Assembly (NCBI GenBank): GCA_053919585.1
Contig: CM132783.1
Origin: Euprymna scolopes
Taxonomy: Eukaryota
Length of the DNA stretch: 64,000 nt
Direction: 5' to 3' (one strand)
Shown: positions 41,530-53,311 of the stretch, piece after piece
Layout: each line of letters starts with the position of its first letter
Position numbering within the stretch: position 1 is the first letter of the stretch
Notes under the pieces: generated by a model
The model's database searches: none
Told to the model about the DNA's origin: nothing
What the model saw: only the letters and a program-made list of their open reading frames with translations
Made by a program: the position numbers and the translations under genes

Positions 41530-41815
41530 TCCTGAAATGGATGACTCTGCTCTGGAGAAGTCAATTCTGAAATTTCTTTGTGTTTCTTTCTCATCAAATA
41601 TTTCTTGGTGTTCATGTATTAGGTCTATTGCTCTTTCTGCTGCTTGTAAAGTCAGTTCATTCTATCGTTCAAAACACGGTCTCACACTTGAGGCTATTCT
41701 CTATCTCTACAAATTAACTATATATATATTTGAGCTGGTAAATCGTTGTCCCATTAGATAAAGTGTAGAAACATATCTGTAATTTGATTGATCTTAGTTA
41801 TTCTTCTTCTCTGTA

Positions 41816-41865
<50 letters not shown>

Positions 41866-42230
41866 ATCTCTCTCATACACACAGGATGATGTCGCTAGTC
41901 TCAGTCTTTTCGATAAATACTATTATGGTACGTGTTCTTCAGAATTGTCGGATGTATTCTCTGTTTCCTTTGTATCAGCTCGTTTAACTCGTTGGTCTAG
42001 TTGTCTCCGTCAATTCGCTGTTTTAATACCTCATTGTAATACAGTCTTTTATTCTAGTAGCTTCTTTCCAAGAACTGAAATCTTATGGAACTCTCTTCCT
42101 GCTAACTGTTTTTCTCCTACCTATAGCCTTGGTATTTTTAAGACTAAGATTGTAAAGCATCTCCTATCTTTGCTGTAATCATCTTTTTTTTTATCTTGTT
42201 AACTCTTTACATCAAGGGGCATCATGTAGG
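41530..42230 (+). mobile_element. CR1-type LINE 3' fragment, decayed
   Basis: IALSAACKVSSFYRSK..ILYLYK; SSFFPRTEILWNSLPANCF. Confidence 0.75.
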
Positions 42231-42655
42231 TAAAATTATTTTAAATATGTGTTGTATATTCACCGTCCTTGCAAAGGTAAAATTATTTCATATGCATGCT
42301 GTAAATTATTTCATACGTCTAATACCCGTCCTAGCTAGGTAAAATATTATTTTGCTTGAAATAGCAAATGATACATAGACATTAAAAATTCCTCTCTCCT
42401 AAGAATAACAAATATATTCATAATCGAATTCAATTTTCTCATTGTTTATACGGCCCCGAGCAACGCCGGGTAGCCTCGGTAGTAAATAAATAAATAAAAA
42501 ATCTTCAAAGTTAAAAAGTATAGAAATGAAAAAAGTAAGAATAAAAATGGTAAGGTGGGATTTAGAACTGGGAACAGTAGTAAATAAAAACCTTTATTCA
42601 TTCCGAGCAAGTAATAATTTTTATTATATATACTTACTGTACTTATCTGTATTAC

Positions 42656-42880
42656 TGTTGTGGGGGAACTGCCCTCTGAATGAACTCAACCACCGTCCAT
42701 ATATACCGGCACTCTTTACGATCTCAGGTAGGGAATCTAATTCCGGAATTAGCCTCGCTTGCTCGGTGGAACGCAAATCCCTCTTTTAATTCTGTAATCC
42801 CTTTGTTTGTCTTTTATTAATACACGCCTTGACTTACACCGTTGTTCTGTTTTTATTGTAGCTAATTCAGGGCCATAACA
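42656..42880. mobile_element. Solo LTR (225 bp)
   Basis: TGTTG...TAACA termini; 5-bp TSD ATTAC at 42651-55 and 42881-85. Confidence 0.8.
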
Positions 42881-45719
42881 ATTACATAAGAATAGACACA
42901 CAAAAAAGAATTACCTCCATTGTTTATATTGAAAAGAAATGGTTAATTGCAATAATCATCTTTCGTTCTTGTTAGCTTCTTACATCAAATGACTTCATGC
43001 ATTGTCCAGAGCGATTTCCTTAAATATTGCCTTTATTAAATTAAAAAAAATGTGGCAGGTCATTTTTCCTCACCCTGCACAATCAGTAATTAGGTATAAC
43101 ATAGTATTTCACTACCACCTGATAGATGACTCAAGTCAAGTAAAAGCTATGGTCAAATTGAGTTTCCAAAGCAGACAAGAGGATTAAAAGGAATAATTAA
43201 CATGCCCATGAACATAACCAAATATGGCACAGAAAAACTTAAATAAAAATTATATTTGGTTATTTGGTGTATAAAGCACCCGCTCCTCACCAACTCTCCT
43301 TTGGTAGATCAATTTCTCTCCAAAAAACCTACTATTTTTATGAAAATGAAAGAAAATTTTATAGATCATGTTTTCCAAAGGTGGTTTTCCTTTTGTCCGC
43401 TCGTCTGGAAAAAATTCGTGGGGAAATTATTGATTCCGGGTAATAAACTGTCAGTCATGGTAAGTTTGATGGCGACAATAAACCATCTTTGGTGGGGAAT
43501 TAAAGGGGGATAAATTGTAATCGAAAGCCAGACAGAGAAAGATCTTCACGATTTATTGAAATTTATTATTTCGATTAGTTTTTGCCAGAAATAAATTATA
43601 ATTTGAACGATGGCTCTCTCTCTCTCTTTTAATTTACCTTCTTTTTCTCTTTATTTTTTTCTTTTGTTGGATTTTTTTCGTCTTCATTCTTTAGACTTTT
43701 AAAAATTTCTATTAGTGCTATCTTGTAAAATGGGTGATGCCAAATACTTCGATCACACAACATGACTTGTAATGAGAGAAAAGAATTTTGAAATTGACCC
43801 ATAGCTGGAGGGAAATTGTGGAATCATATTTTGTTGAATTTGTGAATCTTTCCATGAAGCTCAGGTATCTACACGGAATTTTAAACAGAACTCTTTATTT
43901 AATTCATGTTCTCGCTCCATCAACTATGTCTGGGTAAAGGATTTAAGTAGTTCGTAATTGTATTTTGCATGTCGGCTGCTCTGGGGATTGACCTTGCAAG
44001 ACCACATGGTATAGTGGATAATATATTTGGTAAAATTCAGTTGTAAGTTACATTCTTCTGGAGGCTGAAGGTTCAATTATCATATAACAGATTTGGGCCC
44101 TACATTGAGGCGACACAAGTACCTCATTGAAAAATGGCAAAGGGTGATCATGAAGTAGTTGACTTGATAATGGCATGGGTAGGTCGAAGAGGAGTTTCGA
44201 CCTGATTGAAATAAAGATCAGTCATTGACAGACCAGATTTGAAAAAATAATACTGGATAGGATTTAATATTTTCTTGGTCTGGTTGGAGTGTGAAAAAAA
44301 TCTTAGAATTGCTTTTCCTTATAGGAAAGAAAGGAAAGGAAGATTGCGACTCTGCTAGCGAGTAGATTAGCTAGTTTAAATATGCAAGTTTTCACCTTAA
44401 AGCTTGAATTATTTGAGAATAAAATGGTTTTGAAAAATAGTAAACGTTTGACAATAATGAAATTTTGAAACGATAACTTTTTGGCCAAATTGAAGAAATA
44501 AAGGATAAACAATGGACAACACTTCAGCTGATCTAAAACGTTAAATTGGATTATCGAAATAGGTCAGTCTTAGGGACACACATAAATATTTTATTATATT
44601 TATAGTTAGTTATCCGCTCGTAATAGCATCATTTATTTTATGTTCAGGGAGCCAAGGGACAGTTACAGCCAAGATAAAAAAAAAAAAAACTAGCAAGGAG
44701 AATTTGGTAGCGCGACTCGACTTGACATGCATAGGTGGAACGGAAATAAAATCTATATTTAAAGTATCAAGTTGTCTTTGTGTTAACTGCATGATGCTTT
44801 GAAATTGAAAAAAGGCCTTATTTCCAGCGTCTCCAAATCGAGTACCGCCAGGGAGAAAGAAGCGTACAACAAAAGGTAGGCCTGTTTATTGCTGTGAAAG
44901 ACTATACTCTGTCATCTAGAGTGAAAGTTAGTGAACTTTTCTGTGTGTTAAACACTCACACACTCGTCGCTCCCATTTATTCGTTGATAGGCAAAATGCT
45001 ATATAGACGTTGTATACAACTATGACAATGAAGCGCGATTTGTTAAATACATGAACAGACACAAACGTTGATGATCATATAACGTATCATTGTATTGGAG
45101 AGACACAGAGGGTTGATATAACTATATAATACTCAATGTGGCGATGCTAAAGAATACAACTGTGAATCTCTTAAGGTTTCTACCCAGTTATGGTTGACAG
45201 AACGAGTAAATCCTACACCCTATGGATTAATAAAGGGTTCCATTCGATTTCGACATAAAAATTCCCGAGTTTAAAAGAAAGATTCTCGAGTTCGACAAGA
45301 TACACTTGAGGAAAGTCGGAAGTTACATTGACCGAACCGTTGTAATAATTAACGCCCAAGATGATAATAAAAAGATCCAAATAATACGAATATTGGACGT
45401 AGATGTGTTAAAAACCTAATTTTCCACATCAGGTTAAATTTAGCAGAAAAGTGGAAAATTACATTAAAAGTTAAAGAAAATTCCAAGTGACGCATAGTGC
45501 AGAAAATAACAGTCCTTTTTCTCTTTGGTTCATTAAATTCGGACGTCTTTTTAAAGCTCTACCCATCCATCATCACGGGCATGAACATTTCATGTAATAT
45601 GTAATTTTGAAGCGCTGTAAAAAATAGAAGTGCTACAAAATATAAGGTAAGGAAAGAAATGACGCCATAGAGCAAAACCTGTTTTTTCAGCATTGTTCTT
45701 TTTAGAAATAAAAAGTAAT

Positions 45720-45859
45720 TGTTGAGACACTTGTAGTCTGTCTAAACTGTACGAACGAACTGCCTAAACCAAGATGGCCGACTCCTATTTATATCACCAC
45801 AAGCAAGGGAGGTAACCATGTAACTGAAGCAAGGGAGGTAACCAATGTCTACATTAACA
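45720..45859 (-). repeat. 3' LTR
   Basis: Identical by eye to 50134-50273; TATAAATA on the minus strand; internal 18-bp duplication AAGCAAGGGAGGTAACCA. Confidence 0.95.
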
Positions 45860-45884
45860 TTGCTGCTGTCCTCAAGTGAATAAT

Positions 45885-48737
45885 TTATTTCTGATTTAAC
45901 AAGTCCCTTAGAAGCTCAGACGAAGCTCCTGCCTTGGTCAAACAATCAGAGACCTGATCACAACCCTTGATCCATTCTATCTGTATCTCTCCTCTACTCT
46001 TCATTTCCTTCAGCCTTGCTACATCTATTCTCAATCGTCGATCGCTTACCAGATTGTTGGAATTCAATGTCTCCACAAGTGATGCATTATCTGTCTTGCA
46101 GAGAACGTCTGGCAATTTAGATAACTGAAATACCTCTTGTATCATAACCGCAGTCAAAACACCAGCATCAGCTCCCTCATTCAGAGCAAGAGTCTCTGAG
46201 GCCAATGGGCTTTTTGTCACTCTGTCCAATTTCTTTGATGCCCAACACATGGGGGCCATTTTGTCAGTACTTCCTCCAATAAAGACAACAAAACCACCCT
46301 GTGAAGATCCATCTTCCAGACTGGCATAAGAGGCATCAGTATAACACAAAATGTGTAAATCTGAGGGCTTTCCCAATTTTGGAAATGTTATAGAACCCTT
46401 CTTGGATTTCAATTTTGATAAGGCTTTATTCGCCTCAAATAAGGCTTTTACTTTGGGATGCTTTCCAGTGTTGCTCATTTTACACACATCAAAAGCTATA
46501 TCAGGGCGTGTTTGAGTTGAAACCCACATCATCTGACCTGCAAGTCTCTTCAACTCATGCTTTTCTTCTTCATTCAGTTCATCATTTTTCCTCAGTATCC
46601 TCCCTTTGCTTATTTCTATTGGAGATATGGAAGATACATATAGATCTTGTTCTACAGTGATCCCATTTTCCTGTTGATTAACATTCAGTCCAACATATTT
46701 GAATGTTCCACTTTCATGAGATCCCACCTTAAATTTTTCTTTCAATGTTGCAATCACATCCCTTTCAAACTCTGTGTTTCCACAGAAAACAAAATCATCC
46801 ACGTGCATAGCAAGAATTCCAGTCAAATTTCCTTTAATATCATGCCACAAAAACAATGCATTATCATAAGCACTTGCTACTCCTTTTAATTCAATCAAAG
46901 CCTGAGTAACTCTCTTGTACCATGCCCGTGGAGCATCATTCAATCCATAGATGCATCTTTTTAATTTCCACACTTGAGATTTAGGACAAACATCAGATGG
47001 TGGCCTCAGGTACACATCTCTCTCTAAAATACCACCTTGCAAAAAGGCTGAGGTAAAATCTATGGTCTGCAGCATCCAATTCTTTATTGATGCGGTTAGC
47101 ATGACCATTCGCGTAGCTTCACGGCTACATGTTGGGGAGTCCGTTTTCAGATTACTATTTTCTTCATAGCCTCGTGCTACAAGGCGAGCTTTCATTGTTT
47201 TCTGATTATCCTTGAATTTTTCAGTAATCACCCATCTTGTGGATATTGTTTTTTGACCTGTGTATGGCACACATTCAAATACTTCATAGGTGTTCATGTT
47301 TTTTATTTCTTTATGCTTGGCATCCATTACAGCTTTCGACTGCTCTTGTTCAGCGGTGAGCAGGACTACATTTTCCTGTTCAGTATATTGGGGCACTTCT
47401 CTCCAATGATCAATATGATTCCAGTTGATACAAACTTGATCCTCGTTTTCATCCTCAGGTTCTATATTGATCCAATGACTATATTTGCCAGTTGATTTAG
47501 GCTGTACTGACATAACCTTTCCTTTCTTCCACTCCCCACTTCCATTTATTTTATAAGTTATGGTCTTATTTCGGCCAGGTTTTTCAGTCTTATCTCTTAA
47601 ACTGGTAGAACTATCAACAACTTCTTCTCTGTCTATATCTTCACTTTCTACCACTTGATTCTGCAACTCCTCCTCCTCAACTGAAAGGTATTCATTCTTC
47701 CCTTCTGTAGTGTTTCCCAGCATTTCAGCTTTATTTGTTCTTTTTTCGTTGTTTTTATTCACTTTCATCAATTGGCACGGATGCATCCTATAAAATGCTC
47801 CGCCATGTCTGATTAAGACAAACTGGCCTTCTCTGCCTAACACTTTTGCTGGACCACGCCATCCTTTAAAACCCTGCCTCCGATAATAGATTTGGTCTCC
47901 GGTAGCATAATCTTCATCAGCATAAGTTCTGACATTAGACCTGAGAGCTCTCCTAATTCTCTCACTGGACTCAGCTTCCAAAAAGTTTCTCCTTGCACTA
48001 TGGAGAGCATTTAAATTTTTTCTCACCATGTCACTTGTAGTAGAGGACTCCATAGCAGGTAACTGGTCTGTCAGAATTGAGGGTGTATTTACATTGAAAC
48101 CGAATACAAGTTCATTTGGACTGTGTCCAGAGTAATTGAGGAGGGCATTTTTTGCACAAATAGCCCATGCCAAGGCAATTTCAGGTTCACACTTCTCATC
48201 GTCAATTGTTTTTTTCATTGCCTCAGCAACTATCAAATTATGACGTTCTACAGTACCGTTGCTGAATGGACTTTCTGCGGCAGTAGTACAGGTCTCTATG
48301 TTGAGTTTTTCATTCATCTGTCTATAGTGTTCGTTGTTGAATTCACCCCCATTATCACTCAGAAAACGAACAGGAGATCCGAAATAGGTAATCCACATCA
48401 TAAAGATGTTTTTGATGATCTCCTCCTTCTTCTTTGTTTTGATCAATGTTGCCGCTGAATACCTGGTAGTGGCATCAATGAGATGTAGTATCCACACCTC
48501 ATTGTGGATGAACTCTTTCAAATCCATGCAAACTGTGTGATTAAATCTATTGCCAAGAGGCAATCCCACAACCGGTCGCAGTGGAGCTTTTTTAAATCTA
48601 AGGCAAATTTGACAGTTTTCACAAACCTCCCCAATCGCCTTTATAAATTCCTTGTCATTGAATTTGCCACTTTTTTTAACCAAGGAAACAAGTTTTTCCT
48701 TCGAGGCATGAGCAAACTGTCGATGAAGGTTTTCTGC
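45885..48737 (-). CDS. pol: Copia pol: integrase, reverse transcriptase, RNase H (reached across the A15 frameshift)
   Basis: LHRQFAH..CQIC (HHCC), CMDL / SDNGGEF / ERHN (DDE), KARLVARGY, YGLNDAPRAWY, HVDD, YTDAS, TDNASL, SDCLTK; no internal stops. Confidence 0.93.
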   Translation of the reverse strand, partial: AENLHRQFAHASKEKLVSLVKKSGKFNDKEFIKAIGEVCENCQICLRFKKAPLRPVVGLPLGNRFNHTVCMDLKEFIHNEVWILHLIDATTRYSAATLIKTKKKEEIIKNIFMMWITYFGSPVRFLSDNGGEFNNEHYRQMNEKLNIETCTTAAESPFSNGTVERHNLIVAEAMKKTIDDEKCEPEIALAWAICAKNALLNYSGHSPNELVFGFNVNTPSILTDQLPAMESSTTSDMVRKNLNALHSARRNFLEAESSERIRRALRSNVRTYADEDYATGDQIYYRRQGFKGWRGPAKVLGREGQFVLIRHGGAFYRMHPCQLMKVNKNNEKRTNKAEMLGNTTEGKNEYLSVEEEELQNQVVESEDIDREEVVDSSTSLRDKTEKPGRNKTITYKINGSGEWKKGKVMSVQPKSTGKYSHWINIEPEDENEDQVCINWNHIDHWREVPQYTEQENVVLLTAEQEQSKAVMDAKHKEIKNMNTYEVFECVPYTGQKTISTRWVITEKFKDNQKTMKARLVARGYEENSNLKTDSPTCSREATRMVMLTASIKNWMLQTIDFTSAFLQGGILERDVYLRPPSDVCPKSQVWKLKRCIYGLNDAPRAWYKRVTQALIELKGVASAYDNALFLWHDIKGNLTGILAMHVDDFVFCGNTEFERDVIATLKEKFKVGSHESGTFKYVGLNVNQQENGITVEQDLYVSSISPIEISKGRILRKNDELNEEEKHELKRLAGQMMWVSTQTRPDIAFDVCKMSNTGKHPKVKALFEANKALSKLKSKKGSITFPKLGKPSDLHILCYTDASYASLEDGSSQGGFVVFIGGSTDKMAPMCWASKKLDRVTKSPLASETLALNEGADAGVLTAVMIQEVFQLSKLPDVLCKTDNASLVETLNSNNLVSDRRLRIDVARLKEMKSRGEIQIEWIKGCDQVSDCLTKAGASSELLRDLLNQK

Positions 48738-50019
48738 TTTTTTTTTTTTTTTCTGTGAAAGAACACTGACCAAAATTCTGAACATGTAATACAATGTTCT
48801 TAGTACCACCATGATCCAACAACTTATTTGTTAAGGGGAGACAATAGTGCCCTGAAGTTGTGGTCTTTAGTTCAATACATTTATCAAAAATCCAGCACAT
48901 ATCTTTCCGGAAATCTAGCACTATTCCTGCTGTCTTCATTGATTTGTGACTTAATAGAAGAGGCAAGTCGTTTTTCACAATATCTGCTTCGATATAAACT
49001 CTTATACCTCCGAGTGTAACCGGAAATTTAGCAACTTTAATTGCTGTGACAGCCACTCCATCACCAAAACAAAAACTCCGGTCTGAGTTCGTATACTTCA
49101 CTAGTTGCAGGTCACTTTCATTTAAAGTATCTAAATAAACATCAAGCCACACTTCGCCAGCCAGTGTGCGAGTACAAGCAGAATCCAAGACTGCCATTCC
49201 AAATGTTTCCTTTACAAGATTTGAGATTTTTTCATTTGTACTGTTCAAATAAATATTTTCTTGAATGAACAACGTAATGTGTATTTGTTCTGTCGCTTCC
49301 GTAAACCTGGGCGTATTTCTAGGACACTCTCTAATTAGATGGTTCGGAGACTGACATTTGTAACACAACAACACGTTTCCACTTCGGTCACATGGATTAG
49401 ATTGTCCTCGACGAAAACGCCTTTTGTTGTTACCCGGTTTAGAATAATTATAGTTGACGATTTCGGGCTCTGATTTCACTGCCGGTACATTTTCATCACG
49501 ATAAATGTCACCAAATACTTTCTTTATCGATTCCTTCATGTTTTGATACGTCAAAACAGAACACGTTGTCCGCGCTAATTTTTCGTTCTCTTCCGATATG
49601 TTAACCGCGTTCAAAACAAGAAAAGCTTGCACTCCTTCCGGTAGAATAATGTAGAATTTTTTTAATCTTTGGTACAAAAACTCATAACGAACAAGAAAGT
49701 CATTTATACTGGTACCTGACGATCTTTTATAAGTGTAAAATTCCTTAAAAGTCATGTAAGCGCGCGTGTGTTCATCCTTTAAATATATGTCATCCAGTTT
49801 CTTTATTAAGATCTTCAAGCCATCTCGTCCGCCGATGTCACTTGTTGGCAATTCACGGACACATTCTCTAATATTCGGTGGTAGCGTCAAAAACACTGCT
49901 GGCCCTTTTTTTTCCTCAGAAAGATCCGTGAACAACGACCACATTTCAACGTCTTGTTTCCAGTTCTCGTAAACATCCTCCCCCTCCAACAATGGAGGTT
50001 GTTTGTTCGAAGTTGCCAT
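48676..50019 (-). CDS. gag: Copia gag plus aspartic protease
   Basis: 447-aa ORF; CYKCQSPNHLIREC (CX2CX4HX4C knuckle); AVLDSACTRT protease site. Confidence 0.92.
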   Translation of the reverse strand: MATSNKQPPLLEGEDVYENWKQDVEMWSLFTDLSEEKKGPAVFLTLPPNIRECVRELPTSDIGGRDGLKILIKKLDDIYLKDEHTRAYMTFKEFYTYKRSSGTSINDFLVRYEFLYQRLKKFYIILPEGVQAFLVLNAVNISEENEKLARTTCSVLTYQNMKESIKKVFGDIYRDENVPAVKSEPEIVNYNYSKPGNNKRRFRRGQSNPCDRSGNVLLCYKCQSPNHLIRECPRNTPRFTEATEQIHITLFIQENIYLNSTNEKISNLVKETFGMAVLDSACTRTLAGEVWLDVYLDTLNESDLQLVKYTNSDRSFCFGDGVAVTAIKVAKFPVTLGGIRVYIEADIVKNDLPLLLSHKSMKTAGIVLDFRKDMCWIFDKCIELKTTTSGHYCLPLTNKLLDHGGTKNIVLHVQNFGQCSFTEKKKKSRKPSSTVCSCLEGKTCFLG

Positions 50020-50120
50020 ATCCGATATCCGATCTGTCTAGTGCTACAGACAAGCTGTACAAAAAAAAATTTTTTTTTTTTTTTTTTTTTTTTTTCGTTT
50101 TGTCGCACACAGAGGGATAT

Positions 50121-50131
50121 CTCTGCTACCA
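50121..50131 (-). promoter_or_regulatory. Primer binding site (tRNA-Met type)
   Basis: TGGTAGCAGAG, 2 nt inside the 5' LTR; complementary to the 3' end of initiator tRNA-Met. Confidence 0.85.
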
Positions 50132-50133
50132 TT

Positions 50134-50273
50134 TGTTGAGACACTTGTAGTCTGTCTAAACTGTACGAACGAACTGCCTAAACCAAGATGGCCGACTCCT
50201 ATTTATATCACCACAAGCAAGGGAGGTAACCATGTAACTGAAGCAAGGGAGGTAACCAATGTCTACATTAACA
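50134..50273 (-). repeat. 5' LTR
   Basis: Identical to 45720-45859; flanked by GTAAT at 50274-78. Confidence 0.95.
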
Positions 50274-50299
50274 GTAATGATTGAGGAACGTTATTCTTC

Positions 50300-51365
50300 A
50301 ACTTTTTTTTTACGACTTATTAAGGTCTGGAGGTCACTGAAGGATAAGGGTTAAGTGTTAGGTAGATGGCGAGACAACAAGGTCAGTCATGGTGGAATTT
50401 TGATAGGTCTATATTATCTAAATGGATGACTCAATAGGAATTTATTCACATTAGACTTGAAGATGACTAAGTTATAGTCAGCCAGGAAGAAGACATATGA
50501 TACTGTATTCCACAGGTGGACTGTTTTAGGAAAGAAAAACTGCTCATGGAATTTTTGTTTACTATAAAAGTAACGATAAAGCAGAGATAGACTCACAGTT
50601 TTTTTCTGCGAGAAAAAGGAAGTAGGGAGACGAAAATGTCCTCATCCACTATATTTCGAAGACGGTTTTGTACCCTTTTAAGGCAAGAAAAGGTATTCTT
50701 AGGAACTCCTCTCAAGATGTGGCAACAGTTCTCCATTTTGGGGCGTATTTGACTTTTATACAGGTAAAGGAGTGCGTCGGCAGTGAAATACTTTCTGTAG
50801 TGGTAAAACGATCCCACCATTTTCCAGTGGTTTTGGCAACGGATCTGATGTAGGTTTTTCATTTACAGTCAGGGGTAAAGGTTTGTACCAGAAGTTTGTC
50901 GAAGTCTGATGCTTCATTAAGGATAGAGCTAATCAGTTAAACTGTGAAAAAGTGGAGGTATGAGTGTTGTTGGTGAGAAGATAGAAGTTTTGTTTTGGAT
51001 GCCTTTAAGATAACTAGCCATCTTTTTTTTACCCCATTGTAACACACACTTCAGGTTGGAAGAGAAAGAATCAGCAAGATGCAGATCGTTGTCTGCCTTT
51101 GAACTGTTGACATAGATGGTTGCATCGTCTACATAGATGTCGAAGAATGAATAAAGAATGTGATTTGAGAGATCGTTGATAAAGACGAGGAAAAGAGTTG
51201 GAGTCTGGATAGATCCCTGAGGCATGCAAGCGTTAATACTGTGGGATTTGGATTTCTGCCCAACAATGCCCATAGGGAGAAAGGATTTGATGGTTGAGAG
51301 GACATTTCAAGCTCATGCGTAATTGGAAATCTTATGAAGCAGACCTTTGTGCCAGGCCCGATCAA
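50300..51365 (-). mobile_element. CR1-type LINE fragment, decayed
   Basis: MPQGSIQTPTLFLVFINDL, IYVDD, YLYKSQIRPKMENCCHI, DYNLVIFKSNVNKFLL. Confidence 0.85.
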
Positions 51366-51945
51366 ATAACTTAGATATTTGTACTAGTGTTATGTAGTTA
51401 TCAGAGTATTTGACATCATTTGTTAAGTCGCACAGAATCACATGTAATGAGAGAAGGGGTATTTTGAAACGACCAGTAGTTAAGCATTTATTTTGTGTTT
51501 AGAAGAAATTACTAACAGAATCTTATAAATATTTTTTGTTTGTCCGTCATTCAGAACTTTTTAAAAAGTAATTGGGGAATTTGTCTCATCTCGAAATATC
51601 AAATACCTTAACTATTTTTAGAAATGGAAAATAGTGCATCAAAAGATAATAATAAATTCATAACAAATAAAGCGGATACTATGATCAGAAATCGAAATCA
51701 TAACCTTGAGAGCTTCACTCTGACATTACACCAACTGACGCATATGGGCATTTTCATAAATAAAGCTTAAAAAATTATTATCACAAAATAAGTATAGTTT
51801 TTGCGTGACGTCATAGATTTATGATTTATTCCATGCTTAAAAACATGAATTCAAACAGGCGATAATAAAATAAAGGAATAGGTAAACATTATCAATAGCG
51901 TTTCCGAACTTTTTGAGATGGTGATTGGTTATTATTTGGATTCTT

Positions 51946-52202
51946 AGGATTACTGTTCTCATCTTGAGTGTTATTTTCACAAGATTTATAGCCTCCAACC
52001 TTCTTCAGGTGTATCTTGTCGAACTCAAAAGTGTTTGTGTCGAACTGGGGAGTCTACATGGAATTTCCAACAGAACCCTTTATTTACTTCATGGGGTTAG
52101 CATGCTCGCGTTTCATCAGTCATTTTACGTCGCCTACATTGAGGATTGAACCTTTAAGCTTCAACGTTGTGAAAATGATACTCAAGATGAGAACAGTAAT
52201 CT
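51946..52202. mobile_element. Inverted-repeat element, possibly a decayed Penelope pLTR
   Basis: ~35-bp inverted arms GATTACTGTTCTCATCTTGAGT / ACTCAAGATGAGAACAGTAATC; minus-strand CCTGAAGAAGG half-core; interior resembles 43860-43910. Confidence 0.45.
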
Positions 52203-52756
52203 ATCTATCTATAATCCCTATCTACTTATCCATAAAAATTCTACAAATATTGCTTATTTGTTATATTACTGGCGTGTAAAATGAGAAGCAAGATGTATAT
52301 AGAATTTTGAATTTTAGTTTTTGAACTGTGAATGTTGCTTATAATGTGCAAATGTAAAATTATATTCGAAATGAAAGGAAAATACTTTAAATAAAAACGA
52401 AAGCGATATGTTATTTGCTTTGATTAAGATTCGCTCTCTTTCCCTCCCTATTTCTCTCCCTTTCTCTCTCTTTCCCTCCCTATTTCTTTCTCTCTCTCTC
52501 TCTATAAAGTAATCCAATTATTTTTGTGTTGATATAAAAAATAAACATATTCGAAAATAAAATGAGATGAAATAGATTAATTCCTTATCCAAAAAAGACG
52601 ATTGGAGAGACAACGAAAAACTAATCTAAAAAAACATCAAGTATATATAATAGAAAAATCTTATTGAAAATTCATTCAAATTCTCAAAAAGACTTTAAAA
52701 ACCTGTAAAGAAGATATACAGAATTTTTAATTGTCCAACAAAGAGTACAGATAAAA

Positions 52757-53311
52757 TGTAAAGACCTTATTTCGTGGAGTTAAGAAAAGTTACATTCTTC
52801 TCTTCAAAGGAAAGAGAGTTGCAAAATATACAATACATTTTGCAAATTATTGCATTGTATGAGTATCTTGTGTAGGAGACGGGGAGTCTCGTCGTGGGCG
52901 ACGAAGCGTTTCACTGAAGAACCACGGCAACACACAGCAAACCAACAAACAATGACAGCCACGGCGCGAAGGTAACTAACAAAGCTCAGCTGACTGCACG
53001 AATAGAAACGGAACCCAACGGTCACTAACGGAACCCAACGGTCACTGTACTGATCGCCACGAACGTCAGAACCCGACTGCCTCGCACCTCCAATGGACCG
53101 ATTTTTATTCCTCCAGATGGCCTAGCTAATTTGCATCCCCGCGAGATCTCGCGCGATCCTGCGAGATTCCGTCTCTAATAAAAGCAGGCAGGCGCCATCT
53201 TGAAACTCTTTCTTCCGCTGCCTCGACCACAGGATCAGCCACCACCCCACACGCCAGGCACACACGGACCCTCTTGCGCCGAGGGCTACGGTTAGTCTCA
53301 CATGCATTAAA
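52757..53311. mobile_element. Probable solo LTR related to 28493-28992 (opposite orientation)
   Basis: GCTAATTTGCAT..GCGAGA..GCGAGAT..CGCCATCTTGA at 53122-53203 resembles the reverse complement of 28625-28706; ends are uncertain. Confidence 0.5.

Larger units (their letters stand above)
45720..50273 (-). mobile_element. Full-length Ty1/Copia LTR retrotransposon, GalEa-like
   Basis: Identical 140-bp LTRs (45720-45859, 50134-50273), TG..CA; TSD GTAAT; PBS TGGTAGCAGAG; domain order gag-PR-INT-RT-RH; HVDD in RT and RRLRID in RNase H as in GalEa elements. Confidence 0.95.

Noticed and set aside
46415-48758. Plus-strand ORFs overlapping Copia pol
   Set aside because: Short antisense shadows of the real minus-strand ORF.
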